DNA from: Cetorhinus maximus
Taxonomy: Eukaryota
Length of the DNA: 64,000 nucleotides
Assembly (NCBI RefSeq): GCF_964194155.1
Contig: NC_135893.1
Span: forward strand, 94,922,001-94,986,000
Direction of reading: 5' to 3'
Each line of letters begins with the position of its first letter. The first letter of the stretch is position 1. This document shows positions 38,572-50,090 of the stretch, piece after piece. Position numbers and translations under genes: made by a program. The notes beneath the pieces are model-generated. The model was not told where the DNA came from. It did not search any database and was given only the letters and a program-made list of their open reading frames with translations.

Positions 38572-38930
38572 CAGGAGATGGTGGCGTAGTATAATGTCAG
38601 TGGACTAATAATCCAGAGGCCATGGCTAATGCTCTGGGGACAGAGGTTCGAATCCCACCATGGCAGCTGGTGAAATTTGAATATAAAGCTAATCTCAGTA
38701 ATAGCGACCATGAAACAATCATTGATTGTAGTAAAAACCCATCTGGTTTACTAATGAATGTCTAAATCTGCTGTCCTTACCTGGTCTGGCCTACATGTGA
38801 ACACAGACCCATAGCAACGTGGTTGGCTCTTAACTGCCCTCTGAAGTGGCCGAGCAAGCCAGTTCAAGGGTCATTTGGACCGGGCAACAAATGTTTGGTC
38901 CTGTTGCCCACATCCCATAACAGAATAAGG
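38572..38930 (+). mobile_element. tRNA-derived SINE, full length
   Basis: A box TGGCGTAGT, B box GGTTCGAATCC, core and tail; TSD AATAGATTAG (38562-38571) and AACAGATTAG (38931-38940). Confidence 0.85.
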
Positions 38931-39367
38931 AACAGATTAGTTAATACAAAACATCTCATCGGTGCCACGAAAAGGCGGAGAACAAAATAACAACACAAAT
39001 AGTGAAAAGCATGGAGAAAGCTACTAAGAGAAAGTCAGAAAAGCAGGAAAATGTGCAGGGTCTGAAAGAAACCAGGAAACTTTGGACCCAGACAAGGGCT
39101 ACCAGACCCAAAAAGCAAGGGGGGGGGGGGGGGGGGCAACTGCCTGAATGGTGAAACCCCCAGCAGAGCCAAGTTCTAATGGAAGACTTTACAGTCGAAG
39201 CCCCAGTCTACCCAACAGTACCCCTTGCGAAAAAGACGATGAGATGTTGAAGTCTGAAGTTACTGAAGTTAACGTTCATATCTGAAGGTTTCTGAATATC
39301 CAGGAGAGAGAAGATAGTGTTTTTGAAGGTGGCATGGAGTTTGGTTGGAGCAGTGGAAGAGGGGTCA

Positions 39368-39503
39368 GGGCTGGAATTGGGGGGGGGGGGGGGGGGGGGA
39401 GTTAAGAGTTGTATTGTACTTTCGGCGTAACTCACGCCCAAAATTGCTCGTATTTGAATTGTGCCTGGTCTCTGGTCTCAAAAGACCCTGGAAATTCCAG
39501 CCC
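39368..39503. mobile_element. MITE-like element
   Basis: Perfect 11-bp terminal inverted repeats GGGCTGGAATT and AATTCCAGCCC. Confidence 0.5.
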
Positions 39504-39844
39504 AGGGCGCTTTCCCTGGGCTATTTACATTGATTTATATCCAATTGGGGTGGGGAGGCCAGGATGTGACTTTCATTGATTAGAACACCCATAACTCCAC
39601 ATATAAAACTAGACAGCAGTTAGATTAACATTTTTAAAGGACCATTCCATGAAGTGAGGCCCGCGTTGAGACATGACTCCACCCCTTTAAAAACTCATCG
39701 ACAGAAGAAGCTCGACAGTCGGATATATGTCTTTCCAGTCTGTGGGAGCAGTGGTTCCCAGGCCCTGACCAAGTCACCAGCCCTTCCCCGCCCGTCACTT
39801 TCCAAACGCAGCCGTCTCCTAGCCCCGAGGCCTCGAAACCTTAC

Positions 39845-39860
39845 CTTCCGCGGCCGCCAT
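39845..39860 (-). CDS. NUBP2: NUBP2 exon 1 coding part (MAAAE, phase 1)
   Basis: AAC ATG GCG GCC GCG GAA G|GTAAG inside the CpG island; the phase fits exon 2. Total spliced CDS is 819 nt (272 aa). Confidence 0.9.
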
Positions 39861-40249
39861 GTTGCCCGGCTTCCGCGCAACAGCCGCCGGGCGCATGCGC
39901 GCAGACGCGCACGTCGTCACGTGGCCGCTCACGCCATCACGTGCCTACGCGCGCAACGGCACGCACACTGTCACGTGGACCTACCTCCTCCTCCTCCACC
40001 TCCACCACCCACCCAGGGGCACGCAACGCTTCCGATCTCCAAGCGCGCTCGCGCTGATCGCCTCAGCTTGAAGGCTGTGGAGAGAGTGGGCGGGGCAATC
40101 GAACGCGGTATGATCGACGCGCGTATTATCCACTCAGGATACAGATCTTTCGGACGGCGTTGGGTCGGATAGACGAATGGAAAACGGGCGGGAGGGGAGT
40201 GGGCGGGGATTCAAGTTTGGTTGAGCACTCAGCCCTCTATATATATAGA

Positions 40250-40364
40250 GGAAAGGCGAGTGGGTTAGGTTGAGCGGGCATTGACTAGTGGTGGGGAGGA
40301 GAGAAGCTGTGTTGTTGTTGTAGTAAAGGGCAGGAAGCTCGGGAGAGCCAGGGCGTTAATCAAG
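40250..40364 (+). other. SPSB3: Putative SPSB3 non-coding exon 1
   Basis: Donor-like AAG|GTGGGT at 40364/40365, downstream of the GC boxes and TATA-like palindrome. The ATG exon at 52649 has an acceptor, so an upstream exon is required. The start position is a guess. Confidence 0.35.
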
Positions 40365-41349
40365 GTGGGTGTCCGTTGAACGTAAACAGCTTTTATTCGG
40401 AAGGTGCCGCCGCGGTGTAGTTTGTGCCGGGGTGGAGAAGGCGCTTTTCTGTGGTGTTTTTTTTATTTGTGTGAGTGGGGCCTGCGGATCCGGGGGCTGG
40501 ATTCACCAGGCTCCCCTGGTTTGTGTAGCGCTCTCCGGGTGTCGTCGCCACCCCCCCCCCCCCCCCTCAAAAAAAAAATTAAAAATCCGTTTTATACAAA
40601 ACTGACCAATTGTATAAAATCCTTAACCCGTTGGCATAATTCGTTGTCCGTTGGTTTATCTTCCACTGTAAACTTAATACATGAATTTTGGGGGAAGAGG
40701 GGAACGGCTGCTGTGCACCCGCGCAATGAGGGAAAAAAATATAAATAAATATATATATAAATAAATAAATAAAGGCAAATCCCTTTTTCTTACAAGTGTT
40801 TTTTTTTGTTGGAGCTCCAAATCTAATCACCACTCCAATCTGATATTTTAAACCGCGCCAACTCCTTGAATTTCTTTAGCTCCCTGTTTCTTCCCCCCAC
40901 CCTCCTTTTTTTTACACACACAGCTTAAGCCTTTGTACATTGAAATAAATACACACCATTCATACCTGAGCGGCTTTTACACGTCTGTTACCTGCGTGGA
41001 GATGCGTGACCTGACTGGTCATATTGGTACTCTGGTGAAGGATGAGCTGTCAGTTTTATTTTTTTGTTCTTGGTTCAGGTGAGCGAGCTGTGTGTGTGTG
41101 TGTGCGCTCCTCTCTTCACTCTCTTCGTCTGTGAACGAGCCTGTGAAGTTGCCAAGTAGTCCTGACACTGCTTCCGATGAAATGCAGGTCGGTTTCATTC
41201 TCAGGAATGCAAAGGGGGGGTAGAGAGATCTAGAATTTATCTGGTCGTATCTCCTTTTTTTTTTACTCCAGTAATTAGTCAGTTGTAACTCTTTCGAGTT
41301 ATCAACAGATCGCGTGTAACTCTTTCGAGTACATTCACAGTTCTTGGTT

Positions 41350-41428
41350 TCCCGGAGTGGGACATGAACCCACAGCCCTCTGAGTCAAAGGCGAGAGTGC
41401 TATGAACTGAGCCACAGCTGACACCTCA
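41350..41428 (-). mobile_element. tRNA-derived SINE head (SacSINE1-like)
   Basis: GTCAGCTGTGGCTCAGTT..TAGCACTCTCGCCT..GGGTTCATGTCCCACTCC on the minus strand. Confidence 0.6.
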
Positions 41429-41835
41429 AATTAGTCAGTCGTACAAGCATTTTTTTTTAAGAAGATAAAGGTAGATAATTAGGTTGTTTTAGACTTGAAC
41501 TTTATCTGTTACCCAATTGAACAAGGAATTGTGGCACTGTGGAATAAATACTAGTACACTACGATGTACCCTTGAGCCTAAACACTTAAGATGTGATAAG
41601 GGTCCCTATGATGTGTTGCTGGACCCTTTAGACAAATTGAATTCTACTTTAGTAGAGTTGCAAGTGCTTTATTTTTAAAATTTTTATCCTGATTAATGAT
41701 GTTGCAGAGCTTCTTTTGAAAGTTTTTTTTTCTCTGATGTATCCATTATTCAGTTGGTGTGGGACCAAACAGCTTTCAAATTTCTGCAAGTGCCAATTAC
41801 TAGGCATGCTTAAAGCCAGTGCATCATGTTTCTCT

Positions 41836-42896
41836 GAAATAAAAACAGAAAATGCTGGGAAAAGCTCAGCAGGTCTGGTAGCACCTGTGGAGAGACAAAC
41901 AGTTAATGCTTTGAGCCTGGATGACTCCTTCAGAATTGGAAAGGTAGAAATGTAATGGATTTTATGCTGTTGAAGAGGGGGTGGAGCAACAGAGAAGGTC
42001 ATGGATGGGTGAGGGCCAAGGAAAGATGTCATGGACACAGGACAAAGGGAGTGTTAATGGTAGTGGTAAAGACTGAAGAAGGTGCTGATAGTGGCATAAT
42101 GGTAAGATAGCAGAACAAGGGTCAGTGCTCTGACCACGAAACATAACGAGTGATAGTTGGCCCTGTTTTTGGGGGTTGGGGGTGGTTGGGGTAAAAAAAA
42201 ATTGGATTTTAAAAAGGGGTCTTGGTCTGAAGATGTTGAACTCTATGTTAAGTCCAGAAGGCTGTAAAGTGCCCAGATGGGAAGATGAAGTGCAGTTCCT
42301 CTAGTTTGTGTTGGGCTGCACTGGAACATTGCAATAAGCCAAAGACAGACATGGGTGCATGAGAACAAGTTTCTGCTTTGAGAGCATAGTGGATTCCCCC
42401 GCTCTCAAGTTTGTATGTATTAAGTTTATAGTGGAAGATAGTGAATGCATGTGATAATGTCCATGAGAATAAGAGGGTTGTCCACTTCTTCCTTGAACAG
42501 AGGTCCAAACAATCCCCCCTCCACCTGGCTGAACTTGTTCTCTCTGAACAATTTCTCCTTTAATTTGTATCACTTCCTCCAAGTAAAAGGTGTGGCTATG
42601 GGTACCCACATGGGCCCCAGTTATGCCTATCTTTTTGTGGGATATGTGGAACATTTCTTGTTTCAACCCTACTCAGGCCCCCTCCCACAACTCTTCCAGT
42701 ACATTGACTGTATTGGTGCCATCTTGTCAACCTGGAAAAATTCATTGGGTTTGTTTTTTTGCTTTCAATTTCCACCCCCCTCTCTCCTTCACATGATTCA
42801 TCTCTGACACTTCCCTGCCCTCCCTTGACCCCTCTGTCTCCATTTCTAGTGATAGACTGCCTACCAATATTCATTACAAGTCCACCTCCCATCCAC
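41836..42896. mobile_element. Penelope-like insertion with internal inversion (pLTR and EN tail on -, RT fragment on +)
   Basis: Minus: QHKLEELHFIF and pLTR. Plus: LNNFSFNLYHFLQVKGVAMGTHMGPSYAYLFVGYVE. 11-bp TSD CATGTTTCTCT (41825-41835 and 42897-42907). Confidence 0.8.
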
Positions 42897-45829
42897 CATG
42901 TTTCTCTCTCTTTGGACGGGAATCAAAGTGGCAGCTTTCATGGAATAAATGCCTGCTAATTAAAGGACATTTCTTTGAAGGTTTGGGAACATTTCTTTTC
43001 TGGTGGAGTTTCAGTATTGGAATTGCAAAATGTTATGCAGATATTAACCCTTCCACCTATTTCTGTGCTGTGTACTGTACAATGGAATCAGTCCATCTAG
43101 CTATAACTGAGACTTTTTCAACTGAATCAGTTTCATCAGACCCTGATGGCTTTCCTAAGACAGAATACAGAAAGAATTATGCTTTTCACTGTAGTGAACA
43201 CATTTATTTATCTGTATTATTATTTTATTATCTGTATTTTTGCTAATGGTAAATAATGCACCCTTCTCCTGGCGAGAGCTTCCTTTCTGTGAGCTCTCAC
43301 ACAGTAGTAAATAGACAACTTAATTTTGCACGCATCCACATTTTAAAAACTTCATGCAAAATATGTGATAATGAATGCGTAATAGAAGCTTACAACTCAA
43401 AAGACTGTATTATCAGTGTCGGACTAGACCTAATGCTGCACTGTCCTAATCACTATAACTTTGTAACTTCCTTTGTTTTCAGTATTTATTCATATTTAAT
43501 CTTAAAAGATGCTGAGACTTCTGCCTCAACTACTTGTGGTGAAGCATTCTATGCTCCAGCTCTAAGAGTTTTATTAATTATTTTTTTCCTTTTTTGGCCC
43601 CAAGACACTGCTTAATCAGAGGAAATTATCTTTTAATACCCCTCTCACCATTATATCACCCCCCCCCCCCTCCCCCCTCCCAAACTAGCCCTGCCATCAA
43701 AACCCTTTCTTAATAAATCTCCTCTTAGCCTCCTCTGCTCCAAAGTTTGAAATCTCTCTTCATAACTGTAGCTCCCTAACTCTGGAATGATCCTGGTGAA
43801 TGTATACTGTTTGCTTTAATGCCCTTTTAAACCCATAGACTGAGGTAAACTGAATTAAGGAACCTATTTGTTTTGGATTTATCTTCTTTCCCCAGATCCC
43901 ACAGCCAGTGTGATATATGGGTTAATTGTTATTCTACCTGATTTCTGCTGTTGCCTCAGTTCAGTTGCCTTGACAAAAATTCTTCCACCCCTGACTTGGA
44001 GCTTCTCACTGAGAAGCCCTGCTTTCATGTAAATATATGCAGGTGCAAACCCACTAAAACATATCATGGTCTGTATCAAACCATGGCCTGAGAGAACATG
44101 GATGTTCTGTGTTTTGCAATTTTCCTTTTGAGCACTTCAGGCCAAGTGGTGCTGTTTTACATGCTGTTGCTAAAATTTGGGGCTCGCAAGCTTGGCCCTC
44201 TTGTGTCTAGATTCTTCCATCACCTTGGCTCTTGCAGTCTGTTAAATACTGAACCCAAATAACTTCTCAGCTCACTTAAGATTCCTCCCTGCATAGGTCT
44301 TGCCTTTAAGCTTAAATGTTATCAAGGGATTGCTTGGAGAAGTGCTTCTGTGTTTCAAAGAGTAGGAATCAAACCACCTTGCAGACTGATATTGTTGAAT
44401 TGTGACGGTAGGCTGTTTGCCTATATTGTGAACCAATCTAAACAATAATCGATAAAATGATCAATCCAGCTCAATGGATCTTCTTTAATGACTGTCCAAC
44501 ATCTTGCTGTAATTCATGATATCTTAATCCTTACTACAAGGCTCTTTTTCTTCCTTAATAGTCATTAGCTGTCACAAAATAATTATTTCCCTTTTATTCA
44601 AAGGTGTTTCGAGAAATGTTAGAATGTGTTTGTTCATTTCTCACCTGGCAGCTTGTGTATGAACTAAGATTTTCAATGGTGGGGCCCTGAATACAAAATT
44701 TCATTGTGTAACAAACCCCATTTTTGTGCCTTGTCTGACTTATTTCTCCTGTCAGTTTAAAATTAAACATACCATGATGATGGTTCACAGGTCACACCTT
44801 TGTCTTTCCACAGGGCCAATTTTGGCATCTGGGGATGCAAGTCATCCCTGAGTTGCTGGAATGCCAGTTCCTCCCTTGTTGCCCTCTTGGTGTTTATGGC
44901 TGGCTGTTTTTGTTACCAAGGCTTCTTTAAATAATTGGTGAATATTATTATTGTTATTTGTATAATGGGGACTGAGTAAAACCATATTACACTTCTAAAT
45001 CTGGATCAAGCTCAAACCAGATTGGTTGAATAAAATCCCCAGTGAAATGAGAGGTTACTCCAGTACTCGGTGATTGCTGCATGGTTTAATAGATGGTAAG
45101 GATTTAAAATTAAGTGTTCAAATTGTATGTCTATGACTAGATTTCCATTCTGAGAACCTGAACCTGACCACAGGACTAATGGCTTGTTGAGGCACTCCTG
45201 TGCTATCAAAATATCTATCTGGCCAACCGCTTCAGTTTTTTAATATATATCTTGGGCACTCTGGGGATTTGCTGGATATATGCCAGAGAATCCCCAAAAG
45301 TTAATGAATGCAAACAAATATTTACTTGATCTTAGAATGATTAAAAATTTGAATGAAACTGAGAGCTTTTATTTTGCTGTAGTTTGAAGTTGAAAATTCA
45401 GCAGATGGCAGGGGGAGGGTGTGGCGGGAAGCAGCCCATTGGAACAGATGAGGCCTCAAGGCTGCCTGAGGAGAATTGCTACAGTTAATATCAAAACATG
45501 GTAATGTAGAGAGAATGTGATTTGCAGGCTTTGTATTAAAATGTTCCCTCATTAAAACTGTTTTAATTAGTAAATTTAGGGTGATTATGCAGCATAATTG
45601 CTGACTGGCATTTCCTTTATGTCCCTTACAAATTAGCTTTTACCTCCCCCCACCTTTTTTAACATGTTTAGTTAACATCTTTCTTCTGGGTATTACTTAG
45701 TTCAATTTTAATGCTTGTATATTTTAAATGGTTTTCTTCCCTGAGCTTATATTGTTTCACTTTAGTTGTATTTTCTCAATCTTAAAATTTGCCTTGCATG
45801 CCAATTATGACTTCACTCTAGTCTCAATT

Positions 45830-46045
45830 AACTATTTTGAAAAGCAGGAGGGAGTTATCCCCAATGTCCTGGCCAATATTTATCCCTAAAATAACATCAC
45901 TAAAACAGATTATCTGGTCATTATCATATTGGTGTTTGTGGGGGTTTGCTGTATGTACACTGGCTGCTGCTGAGTTTCCTACATTACAACAATGACTATG
46001 CTTCAAAAGTATTTCATTAATTGTAAAATACTTTGGGACATCAGG
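45830..46045 (+). mobile_element. DeuSINE (SacSINE1/AmnSINE1-like) fragment
   Basis: GGAGTTATCCCCAATGTCCTGGCCAATATTTATCCC..AAACAGATTATCTGGTCATTATCA..TTTCCTACATTACAAC, Deu-domain-like. Confidence 0.75.
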
Positions 46046-46652
46046 TGCCCTGCCCTACATTTTCTGCCCTTCAACCACCTGTGTTGCTGCATATGCACCT
46101 TAATTCCATATGTCATTTTCTCCATCAAAGTATCCTTTGAAATGCACTTTGAACACTTATATCCACTAATTTTTTTTTTACTTTTTTGTTTCCTCCAATA
46201 TGAACACAATTGGTTAAGTACCACTTAATCTTTAGAAATGTGTGCTGACTGGCCCTGTTAATCCAACTCCTTAATGTTTTCATTCCATGTTATAGACTCT
46301 GTTAGCTAAGACGAGTTGGCATGTAATTTCCTGACTTAACTCTGTTTTATTTTCTTTCAAAAAGGGCTGTCACATAAACGCCAAGGACTGAAAGGCAGTT
46401 TAAACAGTGTAGCTAGGCTTTGTGGGTTTAACTATTCAGGGCCTGGATGTAACTTTTAGCTTTAATACTATGATGTGTTTGGCTGGTGGCTGTATAGTGG
46501 CTGGTAATATGGATTTTTAGTACTGGTTATAAATTCTTTGTACTATACATTACAACTTTGTGATCTGACCCTTCTGGAGTTGACTTATACTGGGCACCTG
46601 TATATCTTCTGTCCTTGTAAAAACAGAAAATGCTAGAAAAACTCAGGTCATA

Positions 46653-47508
46653 GTCAGAGGTCTACAGCACAGAAAAAGGCCATTTAGCCCATCGAGTCTG
46701 CGCCAGTCAAAGTACCTAACTATTCCAATCCCATTTTCCAGCACTAGGCCCATAGCCTTATGTGCCATGGCATCACGTGCACATCCAAATACTACTTAAA
46801 TGTTATGAGGGTTTCTGCCTCGACCACCCTTTCAGGCAGTGAGTTCCAGATTCCCACCACCCTCTGGGTGAAAAAATTCTTCCTCACATTCCCTCTAAAC
46901 TCCCTGCCCATTACCTTAAATCTATGCCTGCTGGTTATTGATCCCTCCTCCAAGGGGAAAAGCTCCTCCCTGACTACCCTACCTATGCCCCTCATAATTT
47001 TATACACCTCAATCATGTCCTCCCTCAATCTCCTCTGCTCCAGGGAAAATAACCCCAGCCTATCCAATTTCTCCTCATAACTAAAACTCTCCAGCCCAGG
47101 CAACATCTTGGTAAATCTTCTCTGTACTCTCGCTAGTGCAATCAAATCCTTCCTATAATGCAGATTCCAGAACTGCACGCAATACTCTAGCTATGGCCTA
47201 ACCAGCGTTTTATACAGTTCCAGCATAACCTCCCTGATCTTATATTCTATGCCTCACTAATAAAGGCAAGTATCCCATATGCCTTTTTTAACCACCTTAT
47301 CTACCTGCCCGGCTACCTTAAGGGACTGGTGGACATGTACATCAAGGTCCCTCTGATCCTTGGTACTTCCCAGGGTTCTACCATTCATTATGTATCCTGT
47401 GCCTTACTTGTCCTCCCCAAGTACATCACCTCACACTTATCCAGATTAAATTCCATTTGCCACTGATCAGACCGTCTGACCAGCCCGTCTATATCCTCCA
47501 GTAATCTA
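46653..47508 (-). mobile_element. CR1 LINE 3' portion nested in a Penelope pLTR (46619-47597)
   Basis: ORF 46792-47178 QFWNLHYRKDLIALARVQRRFTKMLPGL..FFTQRVVGIWNSLPE; outer TSD at 46603-46618 and 47598-47613. Confidence 0.85.
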
Positions 47509-50090
47509 AGGCCATATGGACTCAAAACTTTAACTGTTTCCCTCTCCACAGATGCTGCCAGACCTGAGTTTTTCCAGCATCTGCAGTATTTTGCTTTTAT
47601 CTTCTGTGCTTGTTGTATGGAGATATTTTTGGCTTTCTTCTTTGGTCTGTGCAGAGTCTTTTACACTCCATTCTAACAAATTAGATTTTCTTTGGTCAGG
47701 AGGGGTCATCATGAAGATCTGATTTTTATATTTGTTTATCTTGTGCTTTATGTAATCCTATTTGGTAAGATGTGTTATGGCAGCCTGCAACTTGTTTAAT
47801 GCTCCTGCATATTAAACAAAGAGTTTAAAGTCACATGCCTTTGTGACCTTGCATGAGTCATCAGCAGAATTGCTATTTATGGCATGATTTTGTGGGACCA
47901 TATGTGGGACATGCTAAAACATTATGGAAGGAAACTTGTAGAATAAATATCCATATTTCATGATGGATCCAAATACATTTCCTTTCCCCTTCAGTGTACT
48001 TGTCTTTTTGGAACAAAGCACTAGTGATCACTTGGCTCTCCTGTGCTTCAGCTTGCTTTCACATTTGGCATTGTATATCTGTTCAGTGACTCAGATTAAG
48101 ATACAAGTCTTTCTTTTATCCTTTCGTTTCATTTTCACAACACAATAACATTGCACCCTGCCACAACCAGTGTATCAACATTTTAAGTCTATGAAAGAGT
48201 CCTGAATCAGTAATGCATATCATAGTCGGTAATACTGCCTGCAAGCAAAACCATTCTCATTTATTAAACAGGCAAGTGATAAAGGAAGATCCAATCATCA
48301 TATCAATAACCATATCTGTCATTGGCTTTCATTTTCAGCACTAGAAAAACCTCTTCAGAACACAGATTTAATAGGAAATTGAAGCCTTGCACCCTTCAGC
48401 CACTAGATATGCATCACCCACCTCTAAAGAAGCCTGTATTATGGATTGGAAATAATTATGCATGTTCTGAAGAATCTATTTGCATGCTGCACAAAGGAAT
48501 ACCTTTCACTTCATATTGCCTGAAGATTGTAAATATTAAGCAACACAAAAAGAAATAACCTTAATCACCAGTTAGGGCTTGTATAAGGAGCTGTTATCAG
48601 CAGACTTGTAGACCTTTATATTAACTCTGTCTTCCTCCACCTCACCCAGCCCCAGTCCCCACAATGGGCAGACAGGGGTCAGGATTAACAATGGGAATGA
48701 AAAGGATGTGACCCCCCCCCCCCCCACCCCAAGGGTGCAGCATTTGCATCAGTTGCCTTTTTGTTTCACAACTGAATTTTGTGGCATTTGCTTTTAAGCA
48801 TAATTTGCATAATATCTTCAAGTAACTTGAACTGTAGGCTTTAAACCTATTTTTATTCTTTCATGGGATGTGAATATCACTGGCTAAGCCAGTATTTATT
48901 GTTCATCCCTAATTGCTCTTGAGAACGTGGTGGTGATGTGCTGCCTCTTGAACTGCTACAGTCCATATTGTAGGTACACCCATAGTGCTTTTAGGGGAAG
49001 GGGTTTCCAGGATTTTGACCCAGTGACAGTGCAGGAATGGCCATATAGTTCCAAGTGTGGTTTGGAGGGGTGCTTGCAGGTGGTGGTGTTCCTAAGCACC
49101 TGCTGCCCTTATCCTTCTAGATGGTAAAGCTGGCAGGTTTGGAAGGTGTAATTGAAGGAGCCTTGATGAGTTGCTGCATTGCATCTTGTAGATGGTACAT
49201 ACTGCTGCCAAGTTGATGATGGAGGGAGTGCCAATCAAGAGGGCTGCTTTGTCCTGGATCGTTGTCAAGCTTCTTGTGGTGTTGGAGCTGTACTCACCCA
49301 GGCAAGTAGAGAGTATGCCAACACACTCCTGACTTGAGCACTGTAGATGGCGGACAGGCTTTGGGAGTCAGGACGGGAGTGACACTGTGCAGAATTCTCA
49401 GCCTCAGATGCTCTTATAGTCAGTGTTTACATGGCTGGTCAGTGGTAACCCTCAATGTTGATAGTGGGGGATTTGGCAATAATGTAATTGAATGTCATGG
49501 GGAGATGGTTAGATTCCCTTGGAGATGGTCATTGCTCAGCACTTACGTGGTGTGAATGTTACTTGCCACTTGTCAGCCCAAGCCTGAATTTTGTCCAGGT
49601 CTTGATCCATAGACAGACTGCTTCAGTATCTGAGGAATTGTAAATGGTTCTGAACATTATGCAGTTATTAGCATACATCCCTGCTTCTGACCTTATGATG
49701 AGTGGGAAGGTCATTGAAGCAGCTGAAGATGGTCGGGCCTAGGACACTACCTTGAGGAACTCCTGCAGTGATATCCTGGAACTGAGGCAATTGACCTCTA
49801 ATAACCACACCACTCTTTGTGCTTAGTATGACTCCAACCAGTGAAGAATTTTCCCCTGATTACCACAAACTTCAGTTTTGCTAGGACTCTTTGATCACAT
49901 GCTACCTTGATGTTGAGGGCAGTCACTCTCACCTCGAATTTGGCACTTTTGTCCATGTTTGAACAAGGGCTGTTATGAGACCAGGAGCTGAGTGGCCCTG
50001 GCAGAACTAAGTCAGCAGCAAAGTTATTGCTGAACTAAGTGCTGCTTGATAGCACTGTTGACACCCCTTCTATTACTTTGAGAGTAGACT

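Larger units (their letters stand above)
39770..40560. promoter_or_regulatory. CpG-island bidirectional promoter shared by NUBP2 and SPSB3
   Basis: Densest CpG segment of the window; NRF1 palindrome GCGCATGCGC (39891-39900), three CACGTG E-boxes (39918, 39938, 39972), ETS-like GCGGAAG, YY1-like AACATGGCGGC over the NUBP2 start codon, and GC boxes near 40088-40210. Confidence 0.85.

Noticed and set aside
39119-40566. Long G and C homopolymers flanking the promoter as G-quadruplex elements
   Set aside because: Similar runs occur elsewhere in the window (about 13911, 30125, 43659, 48712), so they are not specific, and their lengths are error-prone.
39654-40748. R/A/P-rich ORFs over the CpG island
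   Set aside because: A by-product of high GC content with few stop codons; no protein family signature.
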